In this document: piece after piece, positions 39,145-50,231 of the stretch
How the letters are laid out: every line of letters starts with the position of its first letter
How positions within the stretch are numbered: the first letter of the stretch is position 1
From: Alphaproteobacteria bacterium
Lineage (GTDB): Bacteria; Pseudomonadota; Alphaproteobacteria; UBA9219
Reading direction: 5' to 3'
Assembly (NCBI GenBank): GCA_028683655.1
Contig: JAQUHK010000003.1
Location: 1-53,838, forward strand
Length of the DNA: 53,838 nt
Notes under the pieces: generated by a model
Told to the model about the DNA's origin: nothing
Seen by the model: only the letters and a program-made list of their open reading frames with translations
Databases searched by the model: none
Program-made: the position numbers and the translations under genes

Positions 39145-40371
39145 ATGAAAGCGGCTTTGGCAGAAAAGATGCGGCTAGCCACAAAGGACCTTCCGTCTTT
39201 TCTCCACGCGCCACAGCTTCACTTATATGTTCTGTTCAGCTATCTTTGTTTCGCCATTCTAACCCTGTCCCACCTTGACAGACTGCGCGACGCAAAACTC
39301 GACCGGCTGATCGGTCGGGACTTCATCAATTTCTGGTCAGCAGGTCGCCTTCTTCTTGAGGGAGACCTTGCAAGTCTTTATGATCTGAGTGCCTTTCACA
39401 AAGCAGAACAGCTTTTGATCGGACAAAACTTTGGGTGGCACTTCTGGAGCTATCCGCCGCTATCTCTTCCCTTTATTTTACCGTTCGGCTTTCTGCCTTA
39501 CCTCCCCTCCTACGTTATTTGGTGCGCTTTGGGCCTTGGCCTTTATGCCGCAAGCCTGCGGTTTCTTTTTCCGCGCTTCCTCCCGCTATTGGGCATGCTC
39601 GCGCTTAGCCCCGCCAGCGTTGAAAATATCACCGCTGGGCAAAACGGTTTTTTTACCACAGCCCTTTTGATCACAGGCCTGCGCTTCATGACAACGCGCC
39701 CGCTGATCGCGGGCCTTTGCTTCGGCATGATGGCCATCAAACCGCAGCTGGCCATTTTCGTTCCCTTCGTGCTTTTGGCCGCACGCGCCTGGAAAACCAT
39801 CGCCTTCACAACGCTGACGGCTCTGGTTCTTGGCTCTTTTTCTATCGCCTTATACGGAACCACCCCATGGGTAGATTATATACAAAGCACCATGGCGCAT
39901 GAAAAATGGCTGGTTGAAAACGACAAGCTTTTTCTTTTCGCCTATCTTATTCCGTCGCCCTTTTATGCCCTGCGCATCATTGGCGTCGCCACAGACCTTG
40001 CCAAAGATATTCAAATCATCATCAGCCTGCTTTGCGCTGGTGGCGTTTATTATCTATTCAGGATAACCAAGGATGTCCGTCTGCAAATAGCCGTTTACGG
40101 CTCGGCTATCTTTCTGGCTACGCCGTACGCCTTAAATTACGACATGCCGATTTTAGCTGCTGCCAGTATAGCGTTGGCAATGACAAAACCTTTCACCCTG
40201 TTGAAGGAAAGAATCATCCTGCTCGCGGCATGGTTGCTTCCGCTCTATCTTGAGCTGGTGAACCATCTGCACATAGCCATCGGGCCGCTTGTCATTGCCG
40301 GGATCTTGGCTCTTGCAACACAACAAATCCTTGCCGCTAAAGCCCCCAAGCCTCAGCCCAACATTTCCTGA
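39145..40371 (+). CDS. Polytopic membrane glycosyltransferase, GT87/DUF2029-like
   Basis: About 10 predicted TM segments, and RDFINFWSAGRLLLEGD in the first loop, as in DUF2029/GT87 mannosyltransferase-like proteins. The assignment is from memory of the family. Confidence 0.65.
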   Translation: MKAALAEKMRLATKDLPSFLHAPQLHLYVLFSYLCFAILTLSHLDRLRDAKLDRLIGRDFINFWSAGRLLLEGDLASLYDLSAFHKAEQLLIGQNFGWHFWSYPPLSLPFILPFGFLPYLPSYVIWCALGLGLYAASLRFLFPRFLPLLGMLALSPASVENITAGQNGFFTTALLITGLRFMTTRPLIAGLCFGMMAIKPQLAIFVPFVLLAARAWKTIAFTTLTALVLGSFSIALYGTTPWVDYIQSTMAHEKWLVENDKLFLFAYLIPSPFYALRIIGVATDLAKDIQIIISLLCAGGVYYLFRITKDVRLQIAVYGSAIFLATPYALNYDMPILAAASIALAMTKPFTLLKERIILLAAWLLPLYLELVNHLHIAIGPLVIAGILALATQQILAAKAPKPQPNIS

Positions 40372-41852
40372 GCGAGTTTTTTGCCGAGTTCGACGCCGAA
40401 CTGGTCGAAGGAATTGAGGTCCCACAGGAGGCCTTGAACGAAGACTTTGTGTTCGTAAAAGGCGATAAGCGCGCCAAGGTGGGCGGGGTCAAGGCGATCC
40501 ATCCACACAACCATTGACGGCTTGTTGCCTGCGTTGACGCGGGCGGGATCGTCGGACTGACGTCCGCTTTTAAGGGCTTCAATCTGGGCGTTCATGTGGA
40601 CGGACAGAACGCGGTGCGCTTCTGGCGCGTTCAGGTCGTCCGCTTTCACGCCGATGAAGTCCGCCAGCACCATGGACGGCCCTTGGTGCAGCCATTGGTG
40701 AAAGCTGTGCTGGCCGACGCTCCCGCACTCACCAAACACGATGGGGCCTGTGGCATAGTCAACGGGCTCGCCCGCCTTGGTGACGGACTTGCCATTGCTC
40801 TCCATATCAAGCTGTTGCAAAAAGCGCGGCAACTCGCGCAGCCTCTCGCTGTAGGGCAGAACGGCCAGCGCAGGCGTGTTCCAGAAATTGCGATACCAAA
40901 GCCCCACCAATGCCGCCAACACGGGCGCGTTTTGATCGAGCGGCGCGGCACAGAAATGTGCATCCATCGCCGCCGCGCCCGAGAGCATTTGTGCGAAACC
41001 ATCCCAGCCAACCGCCAGCGCGATACTAAGCCCGACCGAGGACCACAGGCTGTACCGCCCGCCAACCCAGTCCCACAGCGGGAACATATTGTCCGTCTTG
41101 ATGCCGAAAGCCTCGACGGCTTGCTTGTTCGTGGACACGGCAACAAAATGGTTCGCCACCGCCGCCTCACCAAGCGCAGCCACAAGCCATGCACGCGCTT
41201 GCGTGGCGTTCAGCAACGTTTCTTGTGTCGTGAAGGTTTTAGAGACGACGACAAACAGCGTGGTGGCAGGATCAAGTCCGCGCAACGCGCCGTGCAAATC
41301 TGCGGCATCGACATTGGCCGCGAAATGAACGCGTGGACCGTCGGCTTGCTGGCTCAAGGCTTTGACAACAAGGCGCGGCCCAAGGTCGGAGCCGCCGATG
41401 CCGATATTCACGACATCCGTGATTTTCTTGCCCGTCGCGCCCGTCCATGATCCCTCACGCACGGCCGCCGTGAAGGCTTTCATCTTCGCCTGAAGCGCAC
41501 GAATGGCGGGCAGAACATCTTGGCCGTCCACAAGGATCGGCGCGTCGGTTTGAGCCCGCAGGGCCGTGTGCAACACGGCGCGGCCCTCGGTGTGGTTGAT
41601 TTTCTCACCTACAAACATCTTGCTGCGCCAGCCTTCCACATCCTGCGCCGAAGCCAGCGCGGTGAGTAGAGCCAGAGTCTCATCCGTCATATGTGTGCGC
41701 GAAAAATCAAACGACAGGCCGCAGGTTTGCACCGCGTAACGCTGGGCCCGCGCCGGATCGACGGCAAAAAGCTCGGCAAGGCGCATGTCCTTGATCTTGG
41801 CAAAGTGGGCTTGAAGCTCGCCCCAGACGGGCTGCGCGGTTGGTTTGGTCAT
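40353..41852 (-). CDS. pgi: Glucose-6-phosphate isomerase
   Basis: INHTEGRAVLHTALR, VNIGIGGSDLGP, VVSKTFTTQETL, GGRYSLWSSVGL, QQLDMESNGK. The 3' end overlaps the GT87 gene by 19 nt (convergent). Confidence 0.95.
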   Translation of the reverse strand: MTKPTAQPVWGELQAHFAKIKDMRLAELFAVDPARAQRYAVQTCGLSFDFSRTHMTDETLALLTALASAQDVEGWRSKMFVGEKINHTEGRAVLHTALRAQTDAPILVDGQDVLPAIRALQAKMKAFTAAVREGSWTGATGKKITDVVNIGIGGSDLGPRLVVKALSQQADGPRVHFAANVDAADLHGALRGLDPATTLFVVVSKTFTTQETLLNATQARAWLVAALGEAAVANHFVAVSTNKQAVEAFGIKTDNMFPLWDWVGGRYSLWSSVGLSIALAVGWDGFAQMLSGAAAMDAHFCAAPLDQNAPVLAALVGLWYRNFWNTPALAVLPYSERLRELPRFLQQLDMESNGKSVTKAGEPVDYATGPIVFGECGSVGQHSFHQWLHQGPSMVLADFIGVKADDLNAPEAHRVLSVHMNAQIEALKSGRQSDDPARVNAGNKPSMVVWMDRLDPAHLGALIAFYEHKVFVQGLLWDLNSFDQFGVELGKKLAQEMLG

Positions 41853-41859
41853 GTGAAAA

Positions 41860-43203
41860 TCACTCCAAGATCATGTTATGGGTTTCGGTTACGGAAACGG
41901 CTTCAGGCGCACCAACAAACGAGACGCTAAGCTGCGCCGGATCGAACCATGCGACAATCACGCGCTGGACATCCGCGAGCGTCACCGCCTCAAGCGAAGC
42001 CTTGCGCGTGTCCAGATAATCCTTGCCGAGTTTTTCCTGTTGCATCGCCAGAAGTACAGAAGCGAGGGCATCGGTGGAGGTCAGCGACAAAGGCAGCGAG
42101 CCGGTCAGATAGTCTTTCGCCGCCTGCACTTCCGCTTCGCTTACGCCGCCATCATAAAAGCCCTGCCACACATCGCGCACCATGTCCCACGCTTTGCCCG
42201 CTTTGTCGTTGTCGGCGGACAGCGAGCCCGCCAGCATCGAGCCCTTGTCCATCGGCGCAAGGCCCGTCGAGATGCCATAGGTCAAGCCTTCCTGCGCGCG
42301 CACCTGTTTCATCAGGCGCGAGATAAAGCCGCCACCGCCCAGAATATAGTTGGCAATTTCGGCGGCATACCAGTCGGGATCGTCGCGGCGCAGCATCGGC
42401 AGGGCGAAGTGAATATCCGTCTGTGTGCCCTCGCGCTTGACGAGAATGGAGGCCGTTTCTTTGGGCCAGACGACAGGGGCAAGCGTATCGACGGCCCCTT
42501 GGGCAGGCAGACCGCCGAAGGTGGAATCCAACGCATCGCTCACTTCTTTGGGCGTGATCGCGCCGACGACGGCAACCATCAGGCGGTCTTTGGCCATATG
42601 GTCACAAATGAAAGTCTTGGCGTCTTCGCGCGTGATCTGCGCAAGGCTTTGCGGTGTGCCGAGCGAGCGATAGCCATAGGGATGCTCGCCAAAAACCGCG
42701 CGATACAGCGCATAGCGGCCCTGCCAATCCGCTTTCGCCTTTTGCATCTTTTGCGCCGTAAGTTGCTGGCGCACCGCACGGTCAAAAGCCTCTTGATCGA
42801 AACGCGGCCTCGTCAAGGCCAGCGCGAGCAAGCGAAAGGCTTCCTTCTTTTCGCGCGTCAGTGTTTTGACCTCGCCGCTGATTTCATCGCGTGAGGCCCC
42901 GATCTCCATTTGGATCGAGCGGCTGGACAGGCGATCCTGAAACGCCTTGTCGTCATAGGGCCCCGCCCCTTGCGTGAGCAGCGAGGTGGCAAGAACAGCC
43001 AAGCCCTGCTTGTCCGCCGGATCGAACTCAACCCCGCCGCGAAACGCAAAACGCAGGGAGATAAGCGGCAGCGTATGATCTTCGACAAGCCACGCTTTGA
43101 TCCCGCTGCGGCTCGTCACCTCGGTCACTTTCGGCGTGGCGGCTTGGGCGATGGCGGGGAAGAGGAAGAGCGCGCAAGCAGCACAAAGGATGATTTTCTT
43201 CAT
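41860..43203 (-). CDS. M16 (pitrilysin) family peptidase, non-catalytic subunit
   Basis: Signal peptide, and the M16 fold blocks aligned with its neighbour, but no HxxEH motif (LAVLATSLLTQG in its place). Confidence 0.85.
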   Translation of the reverse strand: MKKIILCAACALFLFPAIAQAATPKVTEVTSRSGIKAWLVEDHTLPLISLRFAFRGGVEFDPADKQGLAVLATSLLTQGAGPYDDKAFQDRLSSRSIQMEIGASRDEISGEVKTLTREKKEAFRLLALALTRPRFDQEAFDRAVRQQLTAQKMQKAKADWQGRYALYRAVFGEHPYGYRSLGTPQSLAQITREDAKTFICDHMAKDRLMVAVVGAITPKEVSDALDSTFGGLPAQGAVDTLAPVVWPKETASILVKREGTQTDIHFALPMLRRDDPDWYAAEIANYILGGGGFISRLMKQVRAQEGLTYGISTGLAPMDKGSMLAGSLSADNDKAGKAWDMVRDVWQGFYDGGVSEAEVQAAKDYLTGSLPLSLTSTDALASVLLAMQQEKLGKDYLDTRKASLEAVTLADVQRVIVAWFDPAQLSVSFVGAPEAVSVTETHNMILE

Positions 43204-44564
43204 TCGCTGGCTCCCTTGGCTGGAGCCAAAAGGCCCGTGACGGCGTGCGGCGAGGCCAACAACGTGCGAAGCGCGATGCTAACATCGGCGGGCGTCACGG
43301 CACGGATATGGTCGGGCCAATCCTCGACACTAGACATCGTCTGGCCAACCGCCAAAGCCTCACCCAAAATCTGGGCCGGTGCCATCAAACGATCCCGTGC
43401 AAAAATTGCCGCATCCTCAAGACGACGCTGGGCGGCCCCGACCTCGGCGGCGGAAAAACCGCGCTTTGCCAAGGCCTGCAAATAGACATCAATCTCTTTT
43501 TCCAGCTTGTGCGGATCGGCCTGAGGTGCAGGCACCGCCGTCAGCGAAAAAGAAACGGGGCCGCGCCGCACACTGTCATAGCTGGCGGCCATCGCGCTGG
43601 CCGTTTGCTTCTCCATCACAAAATGGCGGTGGAGCAGACCAACCTCGCCGCTGGAGAGAATCTCGGATAGCACGTCAAGCGCGAAGGAAAGCCGCGAGTC
43701 CGCCTTGACCTGCGGCAACAGAATCTGGCGCACCCAAATGGGTTGAGTCACGCGCGGATCGTGCATCTCGACCTTTTGCGGTTTGGGGCTCGTGGGCGCG
43801 AAGCGGAGCGGCTTGACTTCGCGCGGCGCAACGTCGCCTGCGGAAGCCAAACGGCCAAAAGTGCCGGACGCCAGACGCAGCACATCCTGTGTTTCCACAT
43901 TGCCGCTAACGACCAGAATCGCATTGTCGGGCGCGTAGGCCTGGCGGTAAAAAGCACGCGCATCGTCGGGCGTGATGGAGGCGATCTCGTTTTGCCAGCC
44001 GATCACGGGGCGGCCATAGGGATGCGCTCCATACAAAGCCGCCGCCATTTTCTCCCAGAAAATCCCTTGCGGCTCGTTATCCGTCCGCTCTTGCCGCTCG
44101 CTCATCACGACAGCCAATTCGCTTTTCGCTTCATCCGGTGCAAAGCGCAGCGCGTGCAGCCGGTCGGCCTCAAGGGCCATCACAAGGCCCAGACGATCGG
44201 CGGCGATCACTTCGTGATAGGCGGTCGTGTCATGCGTGGTAAAAGCGTTTTCCTCGCCGCCCTGCGCGGCGATCAAGGCACTGAAGCCACCGGTTGGCAG
44301 CGTTGCCGTGCCCTTGAACATCATATGCTCAAGGTAATGGGCAAGGCCGCTGTGCCCCGCTGGATCGTCCGCCGCACCGGTTTTGATCCAGACCATCTGC
44401 GCCACGGCGGCGGACAGACGGTTCTTGACGATCACAACCTGCATCCCGTTGGCCAGCGTATAGGTTTCAGGATGAAAAACGGCAGCTTGCGCGGGGACTC
44501 CCGAAAGGGATAAAAACACAGCGCAAAAAGATGCTAATACCAATGAACCAATGTAGTGTCTCAC
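43200..44564 (-). CDS. M16 (pitrilysin) family zinc peptidase, catalytic subunit
   Basis: GLAHYLEHMMFKGT (HxxEH). Start proposed at GTG 44564 (MRHYIGSLVLASFCAVFLSLSGVPAQA), 8 nt after AAGGAGGGG. The alternative ATG 44585 lies in the terminus of a repeat element. Confidence 0.88.
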   Translation of the reverse strand: MRHYIGSLVLASFCAVFLSLSGVPAQAAVFHPETYTLANGMQVVIVKNRLSAAVAQMVWIKTGAADDPAGHSGLAHYLEHMMFKGTATLPTGGFSALIAAQGGEENAFTTHDTTAYHEVIAADRLGLVMALEADRLHALRFAPDEAKSELAVVMSERQERTDNEPQGIFWEKMAAALYGAHPYGRPVIGWQNEIASITPDDARAFYRQAYAPDNAILVVSGNVETQDVLRLASGTFGRLASAGDVAPREVKPLRFAPTSPKPQKVEMHDPRVTQPIWVRQILLPQVKADSRLSFALDVLSEILSSGEVGLLHRHFVMEKQTASAMAASYDSVRRGPVSFSLTAVPAPQADPHKLEKEIDVYLQALAKRGFSAAEVGAAQRRLEDAAIFARDRLMAPAQILGEALAVGQTMSSVEDWPDHIRAVTPADVSIALRTLLASPHAVTGLLAPAKGASE

Positions 44565-44579
44565 GAGTTGCCCCTCCTT

Positions 44580-44711
44580 CGTCATTGCGAGCGACCGCAG
44601 GGAGCGCGGCAATCCAGCCTGCCTTGCCGAAGCTGAACAGCGTAGGCAGGTCCTGCTGCTTGAAACTTGGGGACTGGATCGCCACAGCCCCTTCGGGGCT
44701 TCGCGATGACG
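44580..44711. repeat. MITE-like palindromic element, family B-related, copy 4
   Basis: CGTCATTGCGAGCGACCGCAGGGAGCGCGGCAATCCAG...GGACTGGATCGCCACAGCCCCTTCGGGGCTTCGCGATGACG. Sits immediately upstream of the M16 peptidase gene. Confidence 0.8.
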
Positions 44712-44820
44712 GCAAGGGTGTTTTCATAGGGCCGTTGGTATAATCGCGGTAAAGAAAGCATTGCCAGTCTGTCCATCTGTTAAAACGTGCCAATAAGGCA
44801 ATCAAAAGCGCGGCCATAGG

Positions 44821-44973
44821 CCCCTCCCCTCGCGGGAGGGGGGGGGGTGGGGGTGGGGGTGGGGGCGGACGGGCAGGGACAAAACTTGGCCGTTTTACGC
44901 TGACCAATCCCTCCCTCCCCATCCAGCCTTCGGCCTTGACGCCCTTCGGCGTCAAGGCCCGCGAGGGGGAGGG
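44821..44973. repeat. MITE-like palindromic element, family F, containing a G10-(TGGGGG)3 tract
   Basis: Termini CCCCTCCCCTCGCGGG / CCCGCGAGGGGGAGGG are inverted repeats. Internal 12-bp perfect hairpin GGCCTTGACGCC-cttc-GGCGTCAAGGCC. G-tract at 44838..44865. Confidence 0.7.
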
Positions 44974-45019
44974 AAACCAAGCAACGCGTGGGGAAAGATT
45001 GTCCTCTTATTCACTCCCC

Positions 45020-45583
45020 TTAAAGCCCCAGCCAACTTGACTTGTCGCGCTCGATAACGGGGGTTGCTCCGGCATTGATGGATTCGCCTTTTTCTTTTGC
45101 TTCGCGAATGCGGTCGGCTTCGGCCTTGGCGTCAACCGTTGCAGCGGAAGCCGAGCTGTGCCACCACAAAACCTCGTCCACCAGATGGCGCGAGCCACTC
45201 ACTTTTTGCGAAGCCTCTCGGTCGATCGTCTCGCGAATGCCTTGATCGGCCTTGGCCGATCCGGCCTCGGACAAAAGAGCTTTTTCAGAATCAGAAGCAT
45301 CAGACGATGATGCCGCCGACGTGAAGGCACTGTTCTTGCCAGAGGATGCCGCAAAAATCGTCTGGTTGGCACGGTCGGTCATCTTGACCTCTTGCGGCCT
45401 TGCGACTCCGGGACGCGGCGGGCGCAAATCGAAATTGGGCGGCATCGATAAAGGCGGACGATCCACTACGGCAAACTCGTCAGGCGCGTTGCGTCCAAGC
45501 CCCAGCGCATCCGCTGTGCCACCGCATCCCGCCAAAGCCATCAAGGCCACTCCCAAAAGCACGCTTCGAGTCACAGGCAGCAT
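45020..45583 (-). CDS. DUF3035 family lipoprotein
   Basis: Lipobox LMALAGCGG, then LGLGRNAPDEFAVVDRPPLSMPPNFDLRPPRPG, typical of DUF3035. Sits in the usual position downstream of lspA. Confidence 0.8.
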   Translation of the reverse strand: MLPVTRSVLLGVALMALAGCGGTADALGLGRNAPDEFAVVDRPPLSMPPNFDLRPPRPGVARPQEVKMTDRANQTIFAASSGKNSAFTSAASSSDASDSEKALLSEAGSAKADQGIRETIDREASQKVSGSRHLVDEVLWWHSSASAATVDAKAEADRIREAKEKGESINAGATPVIERDKSSWLGL

Positions 45584-45606
45584 AGATACTCCTCCCCAGT
45601 TCGCGT

Positions 45607-46086
45607 TTATCCCTTTTTACGACTTAGCGTAAAATTTTCAAGCATCAGCAGGCAGACCCCCGCGACAATCGCGCTGTCGGCCAGATTGAAAGTGTACCAG
45701 TGATGACCAGCATAATGCACGTCGATAAAATCGACCACCGCGCCATAGCGCAAACGGTCGAAAATATTGCCCACCGCACCGCCCATCACAAACCCGAGCC
45801 CCAAAGCAGCAATGAGCGTTGTCGAACGACGCAGCCACATAACCAAAAGCCCAACAATGGCCAAGGCAAGCCCCATGAGGACATAGGGCATCCAGATGCC
45901 CAGATCGTTCATAAGGCCAAAGGTGACGCCCTTGTTCCAGCTGAGCCGGAAATTGAGGAATCCGGTAACCGTTATCACAGGTCCCTGCGCCTCAATCGTT
46001 TTGAGCAGCCAGACCTTGCTGGCCTGATCCAGCATCGTGACCAGAACAGCAAGATAGGAGCCAATATTCACGAGGTCTTGCCGCAT
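45607..46086 (-). CDS. lspA: Lipoprotein signal peptidase (signal peptidase II)
   Basis: NKGVTFG, GGAVGNIFDRLRYGAVVDFI, FNLADSAI. Confidence 0.93.
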   Translation of the reverse strand: MRQDLVNIGSYLAVLVTMLDQASKVWLLKTIEAQGPVITVTGFLNFRLSWNKGVTFGLMNDLGIWMPYVLMGLALAIVGLLVMWLRRSTTLIAALGLGFVMGGAVGNIFDRLRYGAVVDFIDVHYAGHHWYTFNLADSAIVAGVCLLMLENFTLSRKKG

Positions 46087-46096
46087 GCGCCCCCCG

Positions 46097-48979
46097 CTAG
46101 CCCTTCACGACCGAGGCGCAGCGCGGGCACAGCCCGCCTTCCGCTACATCACCGCGCACCTGCCAGCAACGCTCGCACTTGCCGCCTTCCGCAACGCGCA
46201 CCGCAACGCCAATCCCCGCCACATCGGCCAGCGTAAAGGCCTCCGCCGGTGGCGCAGCTTCGTGCAGCGCAAGCGACGAGGCAATGCAGATTTCCGCAAA
46301 GTCCAGCCCGTTGAGCAGCGCGGCTTGTTCCTTGGTCAGATAGACCTCGGGCGCGGCCTGAAGACTCGATCCGATCTTCTTCTCGGCCCGCGCCACTTCC
46401 ATCGCCCCCGTGACGACGCGGCGCAATTCGCGCACCGCCTGCCACTTTTGCCCCAAAGCTTCATCACGCCACACGGTCGGAACTTCGAGGAAAGACTGAA
46501 GATGGACACTGCCCTCTTCATCGTCAGGGTGACGCGCCAGATAGGCTTCCTCCGCCGTAAAGCACAGAACAGGCGCAAGCCACACGACCAGATGATCGAA
46601 CAAAAGCTCTAGTGCCGTGCGCACCGCGCGGCGGCGCGGGCTGTCTACACCGTCGCAATAGAGGCTGTCTTTGCGGATGTCAAAATAGAAAGCCGACAAA
46701 TCCGCCGCGCAGAAATGATGCAGGCTTTGCAGTAAATGGTTGTAGTCATAAGCGGCAATGTCGGCGCGGATCGAGGCATCCATCTCATGCAAACGATGCA
46801 GCACCCAACGCTCAAGCTCTGGCATATCTTGAGGCGCGGCGCGCTCGCCCTGCCCCATACCATCCAGCGCACCCAGCAAATAGCGAAGCGTATTGCGGAA
46901 GCGGCGGTACAGATCGCCCGTTTGCTTGAGGATATTCGGCCCCAAGCTCAAGTCTTGCGCGTAATCGGACGACAGAACCCACAGGCGCAGAATATCCGCG
47001 CCCTGCGTATCCATGACCTTGAGCGGGTCAACGACATTGCCCAGCGACTTGGATTGCTTGCGCCCCTGTTCGTCCAGCACGAAACCATGCGTCAGAACCG
47101 CCTTATACGGGGCCTTGCCGCGCGTGCCACAAGCCTCCAAAAGCGAGGAATGGAACCAGCCACGATGCTGGTCCGAGCCTTCCAGATAAAGATCGGCAGG
47201 CCATGTCAAGTCGGGCCACGCCGGATTGGGCTTGGTTTGATCGAGGCAAAGGCTGTGCGTCGAGCCCGATTCAAACCAGACATCGACAATGTCAAAAACC
47301 TGATCGAACTCTTCGGCGCGATAGCTGTCGCCCAGATAGGTTTGCGGGTCGCGTGTGTACCACGCATCCGCGCCCTCTTGATCGAACGAGGCGGCAATGC
47401 GATCCAAAACAGCTTGATCCTTGAGCGGCTCGCCCGTCTTTTTCGAAACAAACAAAGCAATCGGCACGCCCCAGACTCGCTGGCGGCTGATGCACCAATC
47501 CATGCGCGTTTCGATCATGCCGCGAATGCGACGCTCGCCTTGCGCAGGATACCACTTCGTTTCGCCGATCGCGTTCAACGCGAGCTCACGCAGCGACTTG
47601 CCCGTCTTGCCGACCTTCACCTCATCCAGCGCGACAAACCATTGCGGCGTGGTGCGGAAGATCAGCGGGGCCTTCGACCGCCATGAATGCGGATAGCTGT
47701 GCGTGATGTTTTTCTTGGCAAGCAGCGCGCCAGCGTGCGCCAAGGCGCGGATCACGGCGACGTTCGCCTCGCCAGCCTTGCCATCGGGCGTATAGACATA
47801 AAGCCCTTCAAAGCCCTTGACGTTCGGCAGATAGCGGCCATCATCCCCGACCGTCGGCTCGAACTTCACCTTGTATTGTCGCCCAAGATTAAAGTCGTCT
47901 TCGCCATGGCCGGGGGCGATATGCACAAAGCCCGTCCCCGCCTCTGTCGTCACGAAAGCCCCTTCATAAAGCGGCACGTCATAATCAAAAGCGTTTTCAC
48001 TGCCCAAGCGACCACGGAAGGGATGCGCGCAAACGGTGCCCGCCAAATCCGCGCCCGTCAGCTTATCCGTCAAAACTGTTTTAGCGGTGATTTTGGCATC
48101 GGAGCAAAAAGACTCGACCAGATCGGCGGCCACGACAAGGCGATCCCCAATTTGGGCTGCCGCGCCCTCATCCGCACCGTCCACCTGAACAAGCGCATAG
48201 GCAAAATCGCCATAAGCGATGGCGCGGTTAGCCGGAATGGTCCACGGCGTGGTGGTCCAAATCACAATCGACGAGCCTTCAAGCGCAGCATTGCCGCCCG
48301 CTTTGACAATCGGGAAGCGCACCCACAGCGTCGTGGATTTGTGATCGTGATATTCAATCTCGGCCTCGGCCAGCGCTGTTTTTTCAACAACTGACCACAT
48401 GACAGGCCGCGAGCCCTTATACAAAAGCCCGCCTGTCAGAAACTTGTGAATCTCGCGCACAATCTGCGCTTCCGAGGCAAAATCCATCGTCGCATAGGGA
48501 TGCGCCCAATCGCCACTGACCCCCAGACGCTGGAAATCCTGCGACTGTACCTCTTTCCAGTGCTGCGCAAAAGCGCGGCACTCGCCACGGAACTGCGCGA
48601 CGGGCACGACGTCCTTGTCTTGCCCCTTGGCGCGATATTGCTCCTCAATCTTCCATTCAATCGGCAACCCGTGACAGTCCCATCCCGGCACATAAGGCGC
48701 GTCAAAGCCCAGCATCTGATGCGTGCGGACGACGACATCCTTCAAAATCTTGTTCAGCGCATGGCCCAAGTGAATATGGCCATTGGCAAACGGCGGCCCG
48801 TCATGCAGCACATACTTGGTGCGGCCCTTTGAAATCTTGCGCAGCCGGTCATAAAGCCCCAGCCTTTGCCAGCGCGCCAAAAGCTCTGGCTCCTTAGCCG
48901 CCAGATTGCCGCGCATCGGAAAATCGGTTTTGGGGAGGAATACGCTCTCGCGATAGTCTTTTTTCTGAGTATCTGTCAT
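46097..48979 (-). CDS. ileS: Isoleucyl-tRNA synthetase
   Basis: [20 protein letters not shown] (HIGH), KQSKSLGN (KMSKS), and C-terminal zinc-finger CERCW...CPRC. Confidence 0.97.
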   Translation of the reverse strand: MTDTQKKDYRESVFLPKTDFPMRGNLAAKEPELLARWQRLGLYDRLRKISKGRTKYVLHDGPPFANGHIHLGHALNKILKDVVVRTHQMLGFDAPYVPGWDCHGLPIEWKIEEQYRAKGQDKDVVPVAQFRGECRAFAQHWKEVQSQDFQRLGVSGDWAHPYATMDFASEAQIVREIHKFLTGGLLYKGSRPVMWSVVEKTALAEAEIEYHDHKSTTLWVRFPIVKAGGNAALEGSSIVIWTTTPWTIPANRAIAYGDFAYALVQVDGADEGAAAQIGDRLVVAADLVESFCSDAKITAKTVLTDKLTGADLAGTVCAHPFRGRLGSENAFDYDVPLYEGAFVTTEAGTGFVHIAPGHGEDDFNLGRQYKVKFEPTVGDDGRYLPNVKGFEGLYVYTPDGKAGEANVAVIRALAHAGALLAKKNITHSYPHSWRSKAPLIFRTTPQWFVALDEVKVGKTGKSLRELALNAIGETKWYPAQGERRIRGMIETRMDWCISRQRVWGVPIALFVSKKTGEPLKDQAVLDRIAASFDQEGADAWYTRDPQTYLGDSYRAEEFDQVFDIVDVWFESGSTHSLCLDQTKPNPAWPDLTWPADLYLEGSDQHRGWFHSSLLEACGTRGKAPYKAVLTHGFVLDEQGRKQSKSLGNVVDPLKVMDTQGADILRLWVLSSDYAQDLSLGPNILKQTGDLYRRFRNTLRYLLGALDGMGQGERAAPQDMPELERWVLHRLHEMDASIRADIAAYDYNHLLQSLHHFCAADLSAFYFDIRKDSLYCDGVDSPRRRAVRTALELLFDHLVVWLAPVLCFTAEEAYLARHPDDEEGSVHLQSFLEVPTVWRDEALGQKWQAVRELRRVVTGAMEVARAEKKIGSSLQAAPEVYLTKEQAALLNGLDFAEICIASSLALHEAAPPAEAFTLADVAGIGVAVRVAEGGKCERCWQVRGDVAEGGLCPRCASVVKG

Positions 48980-49178
48980 GGTCTTTCACTTTTTTTCTAA
49001 ACAACCGCTAATCTGGCGGCAGGACAGAATACAAAGCTTACGCCTGTGGGACAAGCAAAGCTTTCAAGGGCCCTTGATACAATTGAAACACCGACGTAAC
49101 CCCCTGCTTAGATCAATTTTAAGGGTTATTAAGGCATCAATAAGGCCTCGTCGTCTCCATGGTGAACCTATAGCCCTC

Positions 49179-50168
49179 ATGTCCTCCCGTCTTCACAAAA
49201 CCGTTTTTGCCGCCATCCTTTCGGCCTCCGTGGTGCCTCTGGCCACGATGGCCTGCCGCCAACCCGATGCCGAAACGCTGGCACTGACGGGCGGGCTTCT
49301 GGTGCTGACGGCGGGCGGCGCATGGCTGGGGGCCTGTCGCCTCGGGCACCAGCTGGAGGTCGAGGCCCTCGCCAAGGCGCAAGACGCGATGGAAGATGGC
49401 AAAGAACACGCCAAGGCAACCACCAAACATTTCGGCGGCACCCTGACCGGCCATGCCTCCAAAATGCTGGCTTTGACCGACGATCACCAACACAAGGCGA
49501 CCATCACGACCTCTGCCGCCGCCAAGGCACTGGAAAGTGCGGCCATTATCGCGGCAGCCATCGAGGAAATGAACTCCTCCATCATCGAAATAGGCCGCCA
49601 AGCCGATGACGCCACCAACATCGCCTCTGATGCCGCCCAAAAAGCCACGGCGGCAGACAGCGATGCTTCCTCCCTGTCCGAAAAAAGCGACCAAATCCTC
49701 TCTATCGTCGAGCTTATCCGCGATATTGCAGGTAAAACGAACCTGCTGGCCCTCAATGCCACCATCGAAGCCGCCCGCGCGGGTGAACAAGGCCGTGGCT
49801 TTGCCGTGGTGGCCAGCGAGGTCAAGAATCTGGCCAAGCAAACCGCCGAGGCCACCACCAAGATCGAGGCCCAGATCAACGACATGCGCGCCGCCTCGCA
49901 TACGATGAAAAGCCAGATGAAATCCATTCAGGAAACCATCGAAAAGATCGACGCCATTACCAAAACGATCAAGACCGCCCTGCACGAAGAAACCGCCGCA
50001 ACCCACGAAATCGCCCGCAGTGCCGGAGAAACCAGCACCGCCACCAACGCCGTCACAGACGGCATTTCGCATATGCTGATCACCACCGAAGAAATCCGCC
50101 GCGCCGCCGAAGGTTTGGGCCAAGAAATCTCGGCAACCTGCGAGCGCGTGCAAAAAGAGCTGGGGTAA
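49179..50168 (+). CDS. Short methyl-accepting chemotaxis protein (two TM segments, minimal sensor, MA domain)
   Basis: [34 protein letters not shown]. Start taken at ATG 49179 ([14 protein letters not shown]), since the upstream part of the ORF overlaps the ileS promoter region. Confidence 0.85.
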   Translation: MSSRLHKTVFAAILSASVVPLATMACRQPDAETLALTGGLLVLTAGGAWLGACRLGHQLEVEALAKAQDAMEDGKEHAKATTKHFGGTLTGHASKMLALTDDHQHKATITTSAAAKALESAAIIAAAIEEMNSSIIEIGRQADDATNIASDAAQKATAADSDASSLSEKSDQILSIVELIRDIAGKTNLLALNATIEAARAGEQGRGFAVVASEVKNLAKQTAEATTKIEAQINDMRAASHTMKSQMKSIQETIEKIDAITKTIKTALHEETAATHEIARSAGETSTATNAVTDGISHMLITTEEIRRAAEGLGQEISATCERVQKELG

Positions 50169-50231
50169 GCTGTCTTCGTTAACCTGAAGGCAAAATCAGC
50201 CCAAAAAGCACCCCTCCCGCAAAGAATAAGG

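Noticed and set aside
44467-44955. 162-aa ORF containing a PPPPPPPPP run
   Set aside because: The poly-Pro is just the translation of the G-tract inside repeat elements B4 and F. The ORF spans two MITEs and the peptidase 5' end, so it is spurious.
49137-50153. 338-aa minus-strand ORF
   Set aside because: Antisense to the MCP gene, whose [24 protein letters not shown] signalling motif fixes the real frame.
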